Position numbers and translations under genes: made by a program. This document shows, in pieces, positions 37,574-46,687 of a stretch of DNA of 64,000 bases. The first letter of the stretch is position 1; each line of letters begins with the position of its first letter. The stretch comes from Vulcanimicrobiota bacterium (lineage in GTDB: Bacteria; Vulcanimicrobiota; Vulcanimicrobiia; Vulcanimicrobiales; Vulcanimicrobiaceae), in NCBI GenBank assembly GCA_963777315.1, contig CAVZQC010000004.1, positions 96,001 through 160,000 of the forward strand, given 5' to 3'. Below the pieces are notes generated by a model. That model saw only the letters and a program-made list of their open reading frames with translations. It was not told where the DNA came from and searched no databases.

Positions 37574-39667
37574 ATGCGCGTTTTCGAGCTGCCCGTGGAC
37601 CGTATGGCAATAGCGGCGGTGATGCTCGCGGTGGCGAGCGCAGCGGTTTTAACCGTACCGTCGGTGACGAGCGGGCCGCCCATCGACGGATCCCTCCAGC
37701 ACGAGCAGTGGAAGAACGCACAGCGCGTGCAGTTGCAATGGGACCTGCAGGGGCACAAGCTCGCTCCCGACCCCACTGCCGCATACATCGAAAGCGACGG
37801 GCGGTATCTGTACGTGGGTTTCGATGCCAAGCAGCGTGCGGCGATCGTTGCAACGCAGCACACCAACGATGCGGGCGAAGGTTCCGACGACTTGGTCAGC
37901 GTGGAGCTCTGGCCCGGAGGCAGCAACGGTTTCTTTTACCAGTTCAGCGCCAACCCGATCGGCACCCATTACCAAACGTCGTCGGAGAACTCGGGGTACC
38001 GTCCGACGTGGTGGTCCGCGGGTACGGTGAGCGACGGCGATTACGTCGTTACGATGAAGATACCGCTCTCGGCGCTTCACGGCGCGAATGCAGCCACTTG
38101 GCTCGTGCAGTTTTCACGCAACGTCCAAGCAACGGGCGACGTGAACGTATGGTCGTACGATGCCAACGAAACGGACCCGACAAGTTCGGTTTATGCCGGC
38201 GCGATGACCGGCGTGCGCGCGGTGGCCGCTGCGCCCAAGTCCCGCGTGGAGCTGTATAACCTGGGGAGCATTGCCGGCGTTTCCGCCGGCGGCTCCACTT
38301 CGCGAACGGGCCTGGACTATTCGGTGCCGTTCACCGCGACGTCGTCGTTCTACGGCACGATCCATCCGGATTACTCCAACGTCGAGCTCGACCAGCAATC
38401 GATCTCGCCGACGGCCTATCGGCGCTACTTTCAAGAAGTCCGGCCGTTCTTTACGCAAGGCCAAGGCGCGTACAACGATTTCGACTGCGATCTGTGCAAC
38501 GGTCTTTACACGCTGTACACGCCGGCGATCCCCACGCCGCGCGACGGTTACGCCGTTGAAGGCAAGCAAGGCGCGCTGACGTACGGCGCCTTTGACGCCG
38601 TCGGCAAACAGAGAAACGATGCAGCTCAATCGCTCAGCTGGCACAACGGCAACAGAACGCTGATCGGTTCGATGCAGCGCGTGGCGGTCAACCAGCCTGG
38701 ATTCTCCGACTATGCGACCGAGCTCGGCCTGTCGTACTCCGATCATAAACATCTCTTCGGCTACTTCAACTACGGGGACGACAAGGGCTCGAACGTCGCC
38801 GACGCTGCGCGGGGTCAGATGTACGATTTCGGAACGGGCTGGTCGGACCCCACGACGACGTTCGCGATGACGTACCGGCGCATCGGCCAGTACTTCAACC
38901 CGGTCGACGGTTTCGTCTGGCATCCGGATATTGCCGGTTGGGGCGCCTACGTTGGGCACGCGTTGCTGTTCAAGCCGGCGGCGCCGTTGCGCAGCATCAC
39001 CTTTACCGGCATTGTGGACCGCTATCACGATCATCTCGGCGCGCTCGATCAGACCGACCAGTCCGCGGGCTTCGACGTGCTTACGCGCGGCTTGATCGAT
39101 CTGAATTTCGGTCTTGGATCGAGTTATCTGCGCCTGAGCAACGGCACGTTTACGCCCGTGACGCAAAACCAGTATGCGGTCACCTTCGGAAGCGGCGCGC
39201 AGAATTCCAGCGTGAACAACGGTGCGCAGCACGGCCAGAGCGCGACCCCGACCACCATCTCGTTTGCAACCGGACGGTTCGGCGCCGGGCGCCTGAACTC
39301 GTATTCCGTGACGTCGACTTTGCGTGCGTCGCGGCGCGGCTTGGTTTCGCTCGAGCTGGACGAGAACAACCAGCTGCTCGACCAGGGCGGGGTCTACCGC
39401 CAGTGGTTCGAGCGCATCGCCTACAGTTATGAAGCCGGGCGCGATGCGTCGTTTGCCTTGGGCGTGCGGCGTATCATGGGTATCGCCCCGGTCCTCGATG
39501 CGCCGCCGCAGTTCCAACAAGGCTGGAACCTTTCGGCCGCCTACCATCGTACCTTCAACGGCACCAACGAGCTGTACGCAGTGTATGGAGACGCGAGCGC
39601 TTTCTCGACCGTTCCTGCGTTCATCGTGAAGTGGATACACTACTTTGGCGCCCCCAAAGGGACGTAA
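37574..39667 (+). CDS. Putative outer-membrane protein (CBM9-like N-domain plus DUF5916-like barrel)
   Basis: Signal peptide, PPIDG.L...W, YLYVGF, FSANPIG, IHPDYSNVELD, EVRPFF; SD AAGGAG. Confidence 0.7.
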   Translation: MRVFELPVDRMAIAAVMLAVASAAVLTVPSVTSGPPIDGSLQHEQWKNAQRVQLQWDLQGHKLAPDPTAAYIESDGRYLYVGFDAKQRAAIVATQHTNDAGEGSDDLVSVELWPGGSNGFFYQFSANPIGTHYQTSSENSGYRPTWWSAGTVSDGDYVVTMKIPLSALHGANAATWLVQFSRNVQATGDVNVWSYDANETDPTSSVYAGAMTGVRAVAAAPKSRVELYNLGSIAGVSAGGSTSRTGLDYSVPFTATSSFYGTIHPDYSNVELDQQSISPTAYRRYFQEVRPFFTQGQGAYNDFDCDLCNGLYTLYTPAIPTPRDGYAVEGKQGALTYGAFDAVGKQRNDAAQSLSWHNGNRTLIGSMQRVAVNQPGFSDYATELGLSYSDHKHLFGYFNYGDDKGSNVADAARGQMYDFGTGWSDPTTTFAMTYRRIGQYFNPVDGFVWHPDIAGWGAYVGHALLFKPAAPLRSITFTGIVDRYHDHLGALDQTDQSAGFDVLTRGLIDLNFGLGSSYLRLSNGTFTPVTQNQYAVTFGSGAQNSSVNNGAQHGQSATPTTISFATGRFGAGRLNSYSVTSTLRASRRGLVSLELDENNQLLDQGGVYRQWFERIAYSYEAGRDASFALGVRRIMGIAPVLDAPPQFQQGWNLSAAYHRTFNGTNELYAVYGDASAFSTVPAFIVKWIHYFGAPKGT

Positions 39668-39713
39668 TTCAAAGGTAGCAGGCACAAATGCACCGCTCGA
39701 ACGTATAATAGAC

Positions 39714-40595
39714 ATGATGTACTCCCGCTTAACGGCAGCCGTTGCGCTCGCAGCGCTCTGTGCGTCGGGCGTCGGTGCTGCTCCGGCCGCCGTCCCGGCG
39801 CCGGCTGCTACGCCGCTCAAAACGATCAAACACGTCTATGCCACGCGGCTGTGCACGGGATTGCGGCGATCCATCGCTCCCGCCATCGGACGCGTGCTGC
39901 AAAACGATCGAACGATCGCGACGAGCCGGCCCCTGTTGAAGGATTACGTCAAGAATACATCAGTCGGCAGCCAAGCTGCGGTCGATATGGACGTCATGCG
40001 CTTGGAAACGCTGATCGATCCGCTGGTGAAAAACACCGAGGCGATCGGAACGCTGCTCGAGGATCCCGTCTTCCCGCAACAGCCTCAGAGCGATACCGAC
40101 AAGCAGCTGCTGCAGTTGCGCGCGCACCTCGTGCAAGTTCTCGCCCAGCAAAAACAGGCGCTCGATTTGGTCAGCGGCTTTGTGGATACGCAGCAGCTGG
40201 CCGAGCTGCAGGCCGCCGGACACGAGTACGACAAGGTCATCAACGCCACCGAGACCGCCTCATCCGCCAACGCCAGCGCGCCCAACACGAGCCCCACTAC
40301 CGCGCCCGCCAACATCTTGAACGCCGGCGTGAGCACAGCGGACGATCCGTCGCGCAAGTACGATCCGCGGTTTACCAACACGGGCTCCCAAGTGGGTTAC
40401 AATCCGCTCAACGCTTTCGATCAGCAGATGGAATACTACCAGGCTCAGATCGAGCAGAGCGAAAACTTAGCCGCGAAAGCCGTATTCAAAGCGGTCCCGC
40501 TTTGCGGCGGTCACGTGCCCGCGCCGGCTGCTCCTTCACCCGTGCCCGTGCCGGCAGCGGGGGCGCCGTCGCCTGCGCCGAGCGGCAAGCCGTAA
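39714..40595 (+). CDS. Secreted hypothetical helical protein
   Basis: Signal peptide, Pro/Ala-rich ends, typical codon usage; TATAAT at 39704-39709 just before ATG39714/39717. Confidence 0.7.
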   Translation: MMYSRLTAAVALAALCASGVGAAPAAVPAPAATPLKTIKHVYATRLCTGLRRSIAPAIGRVLQNDRTIATSRPLLKDYVKNTSVGSQAAVDMDVMRLETLIDPLVKNTEAIGTLLEDPVFPQQPQSDTDKQLLQLRAHLVQVLAQQKQALDLVSGFVDTQQLAELQAAGHEYDKVINATETASSANASAPNTSPTTAPANILNAGVSTADDPSRKYDPRFTNTGSQVGYNPLNAFDQQMEYYQAQIEQSENLAAKAVFKAVPLCGGHVPAPAAPSPVPVPAAGAPSPAPSGKP

Positions 40596-42166
40596 CCTCC
40601 GCCTCCGGGCGTCTGCACGACAATCGTGTCGCCCGCATTGAGCATCAGCGTCGCTTTCGCCGGAACGTTCGCAGAGGTTCCGGCCCGCGTCTGCAGCACG
40701 TGCGAGCCCACGGCGCCGTCGTTGCCGCCGCCTGCGCCGTGCGGAGCAGTTGCATGCCGGTCTGCAAGCAGTGACAGTTCGGCGCGTCCTTGCGTGAGTT
40801 GCAGCGCGCGAATCAATCCGCTGCCCCCGCGGTAGCGCCCTTGGCCGCCGGTGCCGGGTGCGATCTCGTACCGCGTTACGCGCAGGGGATATTCGCGTTC
40901 TATCGCTTCGATCGGCGTGTTGAGCGTGTTGGTCATGTGGCATTGGATCCCGTCGATGCCGTCCATTCCCGGCCGGGCCCCCATGCCGCAACCGTTCGTT
41001 TCGTAGAATGCCCACGCCGAGCCGTCGTCGCGCACGCCGCCGATCATCACGTTGCTCATCGTGCCGCCGCTTTGCGCCGGAACCCGTTCGGGCGCGGCTT
41101 GCGCCAAAGCGCCAAGCACGACGTCGGCATTGCGCGTACTGGTTTCAACGTTTCCGCCGGCAACGGGCGCGGGCCGGCGCGGATTGAGCAACGTGCCTTG
41201 CGGCACCTCCACGGTTACCGCGCGAAAGCACCCTTCGTTCATCGGAATCGTCGGGTCGGTGACGGCGCGCAGCGCATAGTGCACTCCCGAGAGCGTTACG
41301 CCGTAGACGGCGTTCATGGGAAACGGCACCTGGCCGGACGTTCCGCTGTAGTCGAAATGCGCACTGCCCTCTCGCAGCGTTAGAGTCAGGGCGATACGCA
41401 TGGACGGCGCGCCGTCGCGATCCTCGAGCGTATCGCTGTAGAAAAACGCGCCTTCGCCCAACGCGCTCAATGCCGCGCGCATGCGCGTATGGCTGTCGCG
41501 CAAAAAACGTTCGACGGCGGCATCGAGCACCCGGACCCCGTAACGTTCCACCAGTTCGAGCATTCGGCGTTCGCCGGTAACGTTGCCGGCTATTTGGGCG
41601 CGCAGATCGCCGCTGCGCGCTTCGGGCGTTCGGGAGTTGGCGCGAAACAGCTCGACCGCAGCATCCACGATTCGATCGGAGTCCATCAGCAGCATCGGCG
41701 GCACGATCAGTCCTTCAGCGAAAAGATCCGCCGCATTGACGGACATGGACCCCGGCGCCATTCCTCCCACGTCGGTATGGTGCGCCTTGTTGGCCGCATA
41801 TCCGATGAGGTCGCTCTGAAAGTAGATGGGACGAATGACCGTGACGTCGTTGAGGTGCGTTCCGGACATATACGGATCGTTCACCACCCGCATTTGCCCC
41901 TCGCGCAGCCCGCCGCAGCGCGACTCGATGACGGCAAGGCTAGTACGCAATCCCCACGGCAGTGAGCCCAAGTGCACCGGAATGTGCTCGGCCTGCGCGA
42001 TCATGCGCGCGCGCCGGTCGAAAAGCGCGCATGAATGATCGAGCCGCTCTTTGATGTTCGGCGAGTACGCGCTGTTGCGTATTGCCACGCCCATTTCTTG
42101 GCTCGCGTACACCAGCGAACTCTTGACGATCTCGGCGGTTACGGGATCGAGCTCGTCTTGCGCCAT
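40511..42166 (-). CDS. Hydantoinase B/5-oxoprolinase subunit
   Basis: SPNIKERLDHSCALFD, HIPVHLGS, NDPY.SGTHLND, HHTDVGG, NTPIEAIE, TPGGGGYG. Confidence 0.94.
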   Translation of the reverse strand: MAQDELDPVTAEIVKSSLVYASQEMGVAIRNSAYSPNIKERLDHSCALFDRRARMIAQAEHIPVHLGSLPWGLRTSLAVIESRCGGLREGQMRVVNDPYMSGTHLNDVTVIRPIYFQSDLIGYAANKAHHTDVGGMAPGSMSVNAADLFAEGLIVPPMLLMDSDRIVDAAVELFRANSRTPEARSGDLRAQIAGNVTGERRMLELVERYGVRVLDAAVERFLRDSHTRMRAALSALGEGAFFYSDTLEDRDGAPSMRIALTLTLREGSAHFDYSGTSGQVPFPMNAVYGVTLSGVHYALRAVTDPTIPMNEGCFRAVTVEVPQGTLLNPRRPAPVAGGNVETSTRNADVVLGALAQAAPERVPAQSGGTMSNVMIGGVRDDGSAWAFYETNGCGMGARPGMDGIDGIQCHMTNTLNTPIEAIEREYPLRVTRYEIAPGTGGQGRYRGGSGLIRALQLTQGRAELSLLADRHATAPHGAGGGNDGAVGSHVLQTRAGTSANVPAKATLMLNAGDTIVVQTPGGGGYGLPLGAGDGAPAAGTGTGEGAAGAGT

Positions 42167-44220
42167 TACGAGCGCTCCAGAATGGTGAGCCGGTTGCGAG
42201 CGCGCGCGGTCCAGTGCGGGGCGACGTAGGTGCACGCATCATCCTGCTCGATCAGCGCGGGGCCGCGAATATCGGCGCTGCCGCCCAGCAGTTCCCTTCG
42301 GTGGACCGGCGTGGGAACGTACGCGCCGTCCAGCCAGAGACCGCGCATCTCCGGCGCCGCGGAATGCGCAGGTTGCTCGGGCTGCGCCGGCAGGTCGGGC
42401 GGCGCAGCCAACGACGCGACGGCCGTCAGTCGCGCGTTGACCAGCTCCACCGGTTCGGTACGTACCGCATATCCATACCGTCGCTCGTGCTGCGCGTGAA
42501 ATAGCCGAACCACTTCAGCCGGGTCCGCCGAATACGGTACGTCCAGTTCGAAGCTTTGCCCGCGGTATCGAGCCTCGTACTCGCGCACGAATTGCATGCG
42601 CTGCTCCTCGGCGCCCTGCTCCGCAAGCGTTCGGCGTCCTTCATTTTCCATGCGTTCGAAAATGCTGCGCGCTTCGTGTGCCGGTACGGCGTCGGCGAGT
42701 CGTAATACCGGATGCACGAAGCTCGCGCGCAACTCGGCCACGAGTAAGCCGTACGCGGAAAATACGCCCGGATCGGGCGGCACGACGATGTGCCGGATTC
42801 CGAGCTCGTCTGCGAGCGCGCACGCGTGCAGCGGTCCGTTGCCGCCGAATGCGGTCAAGGAAAAATCTCGCGGATCCAGCCCGCGTTCCACCGTCACGAT
42901 GCGCAGCACCTTGGCCATTTGCGCATCGACGATGCGCACGATGCCTGCTGCGGTCGCTTCGGCCGAAAGACCGACGCGCTGGGCCAGCGCCGCGATTGCG
43001 CTTCGGGAACGGCTCCCGTCGATCGCAAACGTTCCGCCGGCGAGCGCGTGCGGATTGAGCCGTCCCAGCACCAGGTTCGCGTCGGTAACGGTCGCGCGAT
43101 CGCTGCGCCCATAGCATGCCGGCCCCGGATCCGCACCGGCCGAGATCGGTCCCACGCGCAGCGCTCCGGCATCGTCGGCCCATGCGATCGTTCCGCCGCC
43201 CGCGCTGATTTCGGCCAAGTCGACGAACGGAAAGCGCACGGGATAACCGCTGCCTTTGACGGACCGGCCGCTGTGCGTCGCGCCGGCTGCTTCGAATTCG
43301 GTCGCGATCTGCACCGCGCCGTTCACAATCGTTCCCGCCTTTGCCGTCGTGCCGCCCATGTCGAACGACAGCACGCGCTGCGCCGCCGTTTGCCGTGCCA
43401 AGTATGCCGCGCCGATAACCCCGCCGGCCGGCCCGCTTTCGATCGTCGCCGCCGGGCGCAGCGATGCGCTCTGCGCTGCCGCCATGCCGCCGTTGCTTTG
43501 CATGACGTAGAGCGGCGCATCGATTCCGCGCGCCCGCAAACCGCAGCCTAGCCGCTCCACATAGCGGCGCACGATCGGCGAGAGCGCAGCGTTGACCACG
43601 GCGGTCGAAAACCGCTCGTATTCGCGATACTCCGGATCGATGAAAGCCGAATGCGTCACCGGAACGTCCGGCAGCGCATCAGCCAGCGCCAGCGCCAGCC
43701 GGCGTTCGTGCGCATCGTTGGCATACGAATGAAGCAGCCCGATCGCCACAGCCTGCGGCCGGCGCGCGACGACTTCTCGCACGACCCGATCGACTTCGTC
43801 TTCTTGGAGCGCGATCGAAACGTTACCGCGATAATCGATGCGCTCTCGCACCGTTATTCGATCTTCGCGCGCCGCCAGCGGCTTGGGGCGCCTGACGAAC
43901 AGGTTGTAGACTTCGCTGCGGTTTTGACGGCCGATCTCGATGACGTCTCGAAAACCGTGCGTCGTAACGAACGCTACGCGCGGCAATTCCAGCTGCATTT
44001 GGCCCAGCAGCGCGTTGGTCGCGATGGTGCTCGAGTGTGCGACCTGTTCGATCTCCGGCCGGTGCGCGCACCGTTCGAAAAGACGATCGAAGGCTGCAAA
44101 TACGCCTTCTTCGGGCGCGCGGGGAACGGAAGCGACTTTAACGATGATGCGTTCGCCCGTTCGCACGTCCAGCGCGACCAGGTCGGTGAACGTGCCGCCG
44201 ACGTCGACGCCTACGCGCAG
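42166..44220 (-). CDS. Hydantoinase A/5-oxoprolinase subunit (probable CTG start at 44220)
   Basis: In-frame RVGVDVGGTFTD upstream of the 44166 ORF; STIATNALL, ESGPAGG, FDMGGTT, AGADPGPACYG. Confidence 0.94.
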   Translation of the reverse strand: MRVGVDVGGTFTDLVALDVRTGERIIVKVASVPRAPEEGVFAAFDRLFERCAHRPEIEQVAHSSTIATNALLGQMQLELPRVAFVTTHGFRDVIEIGRQNRSEVYNLFVRRPKPLAAREDRITVRERIDYRGNVSIALQEDEVDRVVREVVARRPQAVAIGLLHSYANDAHERRLALALADALPDVPVTHSAFIDPEYREYERFSTAVVNAALSPIVRRYVERLGCGLRARGIDAPLYVMQSNGGMAAAQSASLRPAATIESGPAGGVIGAAYLARQTAAQRVLSFDMGGTTAKAGTIVNGAVQIATEFEAAGATHSGRSVKGSGYPVRFPFVDLAEISAGGGTIAWADDAGALRVGPISAGADPGPACYGRSDRATVTDANLVLGRLNPHALAGGTFAIDGSRSRSAIAALAQRVGLSAEATAAGIVRIVDAQMAKVLRIVTVERGLDPRDFSLTAFGGNGPLHACALADELGIRHIVVPPDPGVFSAYGLLVAELRASFVHPVLRLADAVPAHEARSIFERMENEGRRTLAEQGAEEQRMQFVREYEARYRGQSFELDVPYSADPAEVVRLFHAQHERRYGYAVRTEPVELVNARLTAVASLAAPPDLPAQPEQPAHSAAPEMRGLWLDGAYVPTPVHRRELLGGSADIRGPALIEQDDACTYVAPHWTARARNRLTILERS

Positions 44221-44393
44221 GGTTGAAGCCTTCCGGCAAGCCGCTGCGCAACGAAGAACACGCCCACGGCAAACGCCGTGGCTACCAGCGCGATGCAGAA
44301 TAGCACCATCGAGGGCAGATTGGTTGTGATTTGCCCGAGGTCGCTAAAGAAGTTGGCGAAGAAGGCACAGCCGCTGCTCCGCGCATCGCCCAT
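44211..44393 (-). CDS. Possible small membrane protein (start uncertain)
   Basis: 60-aa ORF with hydrophobic segment MVLFCIALVATAFAVGVFFVA; its stop overlaps the hydantoinase A start. Confidence 0.35.
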   Translation of the reverse strand: MGDARSSGCAFFANFFSDLGQITTNLPSMVLFCIALVATAFAVGVFFVAQRLAGRLQPCA

Positions 44394-44511
44394 GCGACCG
44401 CCGGGGTACACAATCACAAATTGAAACGCCCCCGTGCCGAGGGACGCCTGCCCGGCTCGAATCGCCATCCTATGCCTTTCCCCGGTGTCCGTCGCGCTTC
44501 CGGTAGGTGGA

Positions 44512-44540
44512 TTGACATCGAACATATGTTCGATTAGGAT
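44512..44540 (+). promoter_or_regulatory. Sigma70 promoter with a LexA (Cheo-type) SOS box in the spacer
   Basis: TTGACA(44512)-N17-TAGGAT(44535); perfect palindrome ATCGAACATATGTTCGAT at 44517-44534. Confidence 0.92.
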
Positions 44541-44549
44541 CGTGTTCCC

Positions 44550-45254
44550 ATGGACCCCGAACCCAACCGCTCTGCCGCCTTCGACGCCCTCAAAGCCGGT
44601 CTGGACATGCGGGCCGCGGGCCGAATTATCGTTGCCGTAGAGGACGCTTTTCCCACGGGTTTTACCGATCTCGACCGCGCGCTGGGCGGCGGATTTCCGC
44701 GGGGAGCGTTGAGCACGCTCGAGGGACGGGCAAGCTCGGGCCGCACCGCTATTTTGGCCCGAACGCTGGCTTCCGCGACGGCCGGCGGTCTGGCTGCCGT
44801 GGTCGACGACGGAACGCTCTACCCGCCGGACCTGGAACGCGCCGGCGTGCGGCTCGCGCAAATGCTGGTCGTGTCCGCCCGTACGCCGGTGGAAATCGCG
44901 CGCTGCACCGACATCGTGTTGCGTTCGCGCGCCTTTGCGGTCGTCGCGATGCCGGCGGCGGCGCTGCGCGCCACGGTATGGTCGCGCCTGTGCGGTCTTG
45001 CGCAAAAAGCGGGCGCGGTCGTAGTCGCGCTGGGAATGCACCCCGGCAGCGAGCTGGCCTATTTCGCATCGGCGCGCGTGACGTGCGCGATCGACAAGGT
45101 TGTGTGGGCCGAGCAAAGCGGCGTGTTCTGCGAGCTGGCAGGCTATGAACTCTATGCTCGCGTGCTCAAACATCGGCGCGCCGTACCGGGTGCGACGGCG
45201 CGCGTGCGCATCGGAATGCAGCGTAACGGGCGTTCGGCATGCCTGGCGCGGTAA
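44550..45254 (+). CDS. imuA: ImuA/RecA-like mutagenesis protein
   Basis: PTGFTDLDRALGGGFPRG, degenerate Walker A GRASSGRT, LYPP.L; first gene of the cassette. Confidence 0.85.
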   Translation: MDPEPNRSAAFDALKAGLDMRAAGRIIVAVEDAFPTGFTDLDRALGGGFPRGALSTLEGRASSGRTAILARTLASATAGGLAAVVDDGTLYPPDLERAGVRLAQMLVVSARTPVEIARCTDIVLRSRAFAVVAMPAAALRATVWSRLCGLAQKAGAVVVALGMHPGSELAYFASARVTCAIDKVVWAEQSGVFCELAGYELYARVLKHRRAVPGATARVRIGMQRNGRSACLAR

Positions 45255-46687
45255 ATCTGCTCGCGGCGCGGTTGCTGTGCGTTCACGTTCCCGCTTTCGC
45301 GCTGGTGGTCGCGCGCCGCGACCGTCCCGACGTGCCTGCGGACGAACCGGCGGTGCTGACCGATAAGCCCGATCGCGGACGGGTCATCGAACTCGACCCG
45401 CTCGCGCACGAATTGGGCGCGCGCATCGGTCAGACCGCGCTGCAGGCGCGCGCCGCCGCGGGCGGCGTTCGCGTGCTGGTCCACGATGCGCACCAGTCGC
45501 GCCTAGTGTGGAACGACATGCTCGATGCGCTGGACGCCGTCTCGCCGCTGGTCGACGACAGCGGTGAAGGCACGGCGTATCTCGACATGCGCGGCATCGC
45601 GGGCGATGCGCGGCAATGGACCGATCGCGCCGTAGACGCGCTGCGCGAATTCGATTTGCCGGTGCGCGCGGCGGTTGGCGAAAATAAATTCACGGCCCGC
45701 GCGCTCACGTACGCGCCGGACGGATGCATCGAAGGCCTGCCGATCGACGTGCTGCAACTCGATCCCCGCGCCGTCGAGCGTTTGCATTTGCTGGGCGTGC
45801 GCACGCTGGGAGAGCTTGCGGCGTTGCCGCACGGGCCTTTCGTGCGGCGTTTCGGCAAACACGCCGCGGCCTGGCACGATCGTGCGCGCGGCATCGATTC
45901 GACGCCGTTTCATCCGCGCGCGCACGAACTGCAGATTGCCGCAGCGGCGTACGGCGAGGGGAGCGCGCAGGCCGAAGAGCAAGTGGTATTCGCGCTGCGC
46001 GTGCTCGCCGATCGCGTGTGCAACGATTTAGAGCGGGCGGGTAAAGCGGCGTGCACGGCAAGGGTGAGTTTTGAATGCGAGGCAGGCGACACTTACGAAA
46101 TCGACGCCGGCTTTGCGCAAGCCACCGGCAATCCGCGCACGATGCTCGACGTCATACGCGCCAAGCTCGAAGGCCTCACGTTCACCTCGTGCGTTATCGG
46201 GCTGCGCATGCAGGCGATGCAGCTCCAAGAATGCGGCGCCTCCGCGACGCTCTTCGGGCAAAGCCGCCACGATCCGGCAGCGCTTGCCGTTGCCCTCGCG
46301 CGATTGCAAGCCGTTACGCACGATGCGCCGCAATGCGCGCATACGCGTCCGGCGCCACGGTTGGAGGATCGCTTTTCCTACGATCCGTTTCCTTGCGACC
46401 GCCGTCTCGATCCTTGCTCGAGCTCGCCGCCTGCACTCGTCGAAGGAAGCGCGCCCCAACTGCGTCTGCTCGCGGTAAAAGAAATCACCGTGGCGATGCG
46501 CGGCAACGCTCCGGTGCGCGTCCGCGACAAACGCGTTCTGGATTGTGCGGGCCCGTGGCGCGTCGACGACGGCTGGTTCGACACGCCGACCGTGCGCGAT
46601 GAATACGACGTTCTGCTCGAAGACGGATTGCTCTGGCGTATCTACCGTCAGGGCGAGCACTGGTATCTTCGAGGCGAGTACGATTGA
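45239..46687 (+). CDS. imuB: ImuB (Y-family polymerase-like scaffold)
   Basis: SPLVD, AYLD, LHLLGVRTLGEL..LP, RRFG, GPWR...GW; lies between imuA and dnaE2. Confidence 0.88.
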   Translation: MPGAVNLLAARLLCVHVPAFALVVARRDRPDVPADEPAVLTDKPDRGRVIELDPLAHELGARIGQTALQARAAAGGVRVLVHDAHQSRLVWNDMLDALDAVSPLVDDSGEGTAYLDMRGIAGDARQWTDRAVDALREFDLPVRAAVGENKFTARALTYAPDGCIEGLPIDVLQLDPRAVERLHLLGVRTLGELAALPHGPFVRRFGKHAAAWHDRARGIDSTPFHPRAHELQIAAAAYGEGSAQAEEQVVFALRVLADRVCNDLERAGKAACTARVSFECEAGDTYEIDAGFAQATGNPRTMLDVIRAKLEGLTFTSCVIGLRMQAMQLQECGASATLFGQSRHDPAALAVALARLQAVTHDAPQCAHTRPAPRLEDRFSYDPFPCDRRLDPCSSSPPALVEGSAPQLRLLAVKEITVAMRGNAPVRVRDKRVLDCAGPWRVDDGWFDTPTVRDEYDVLLEDGLLWRIYRQGEHWYLRGEYD

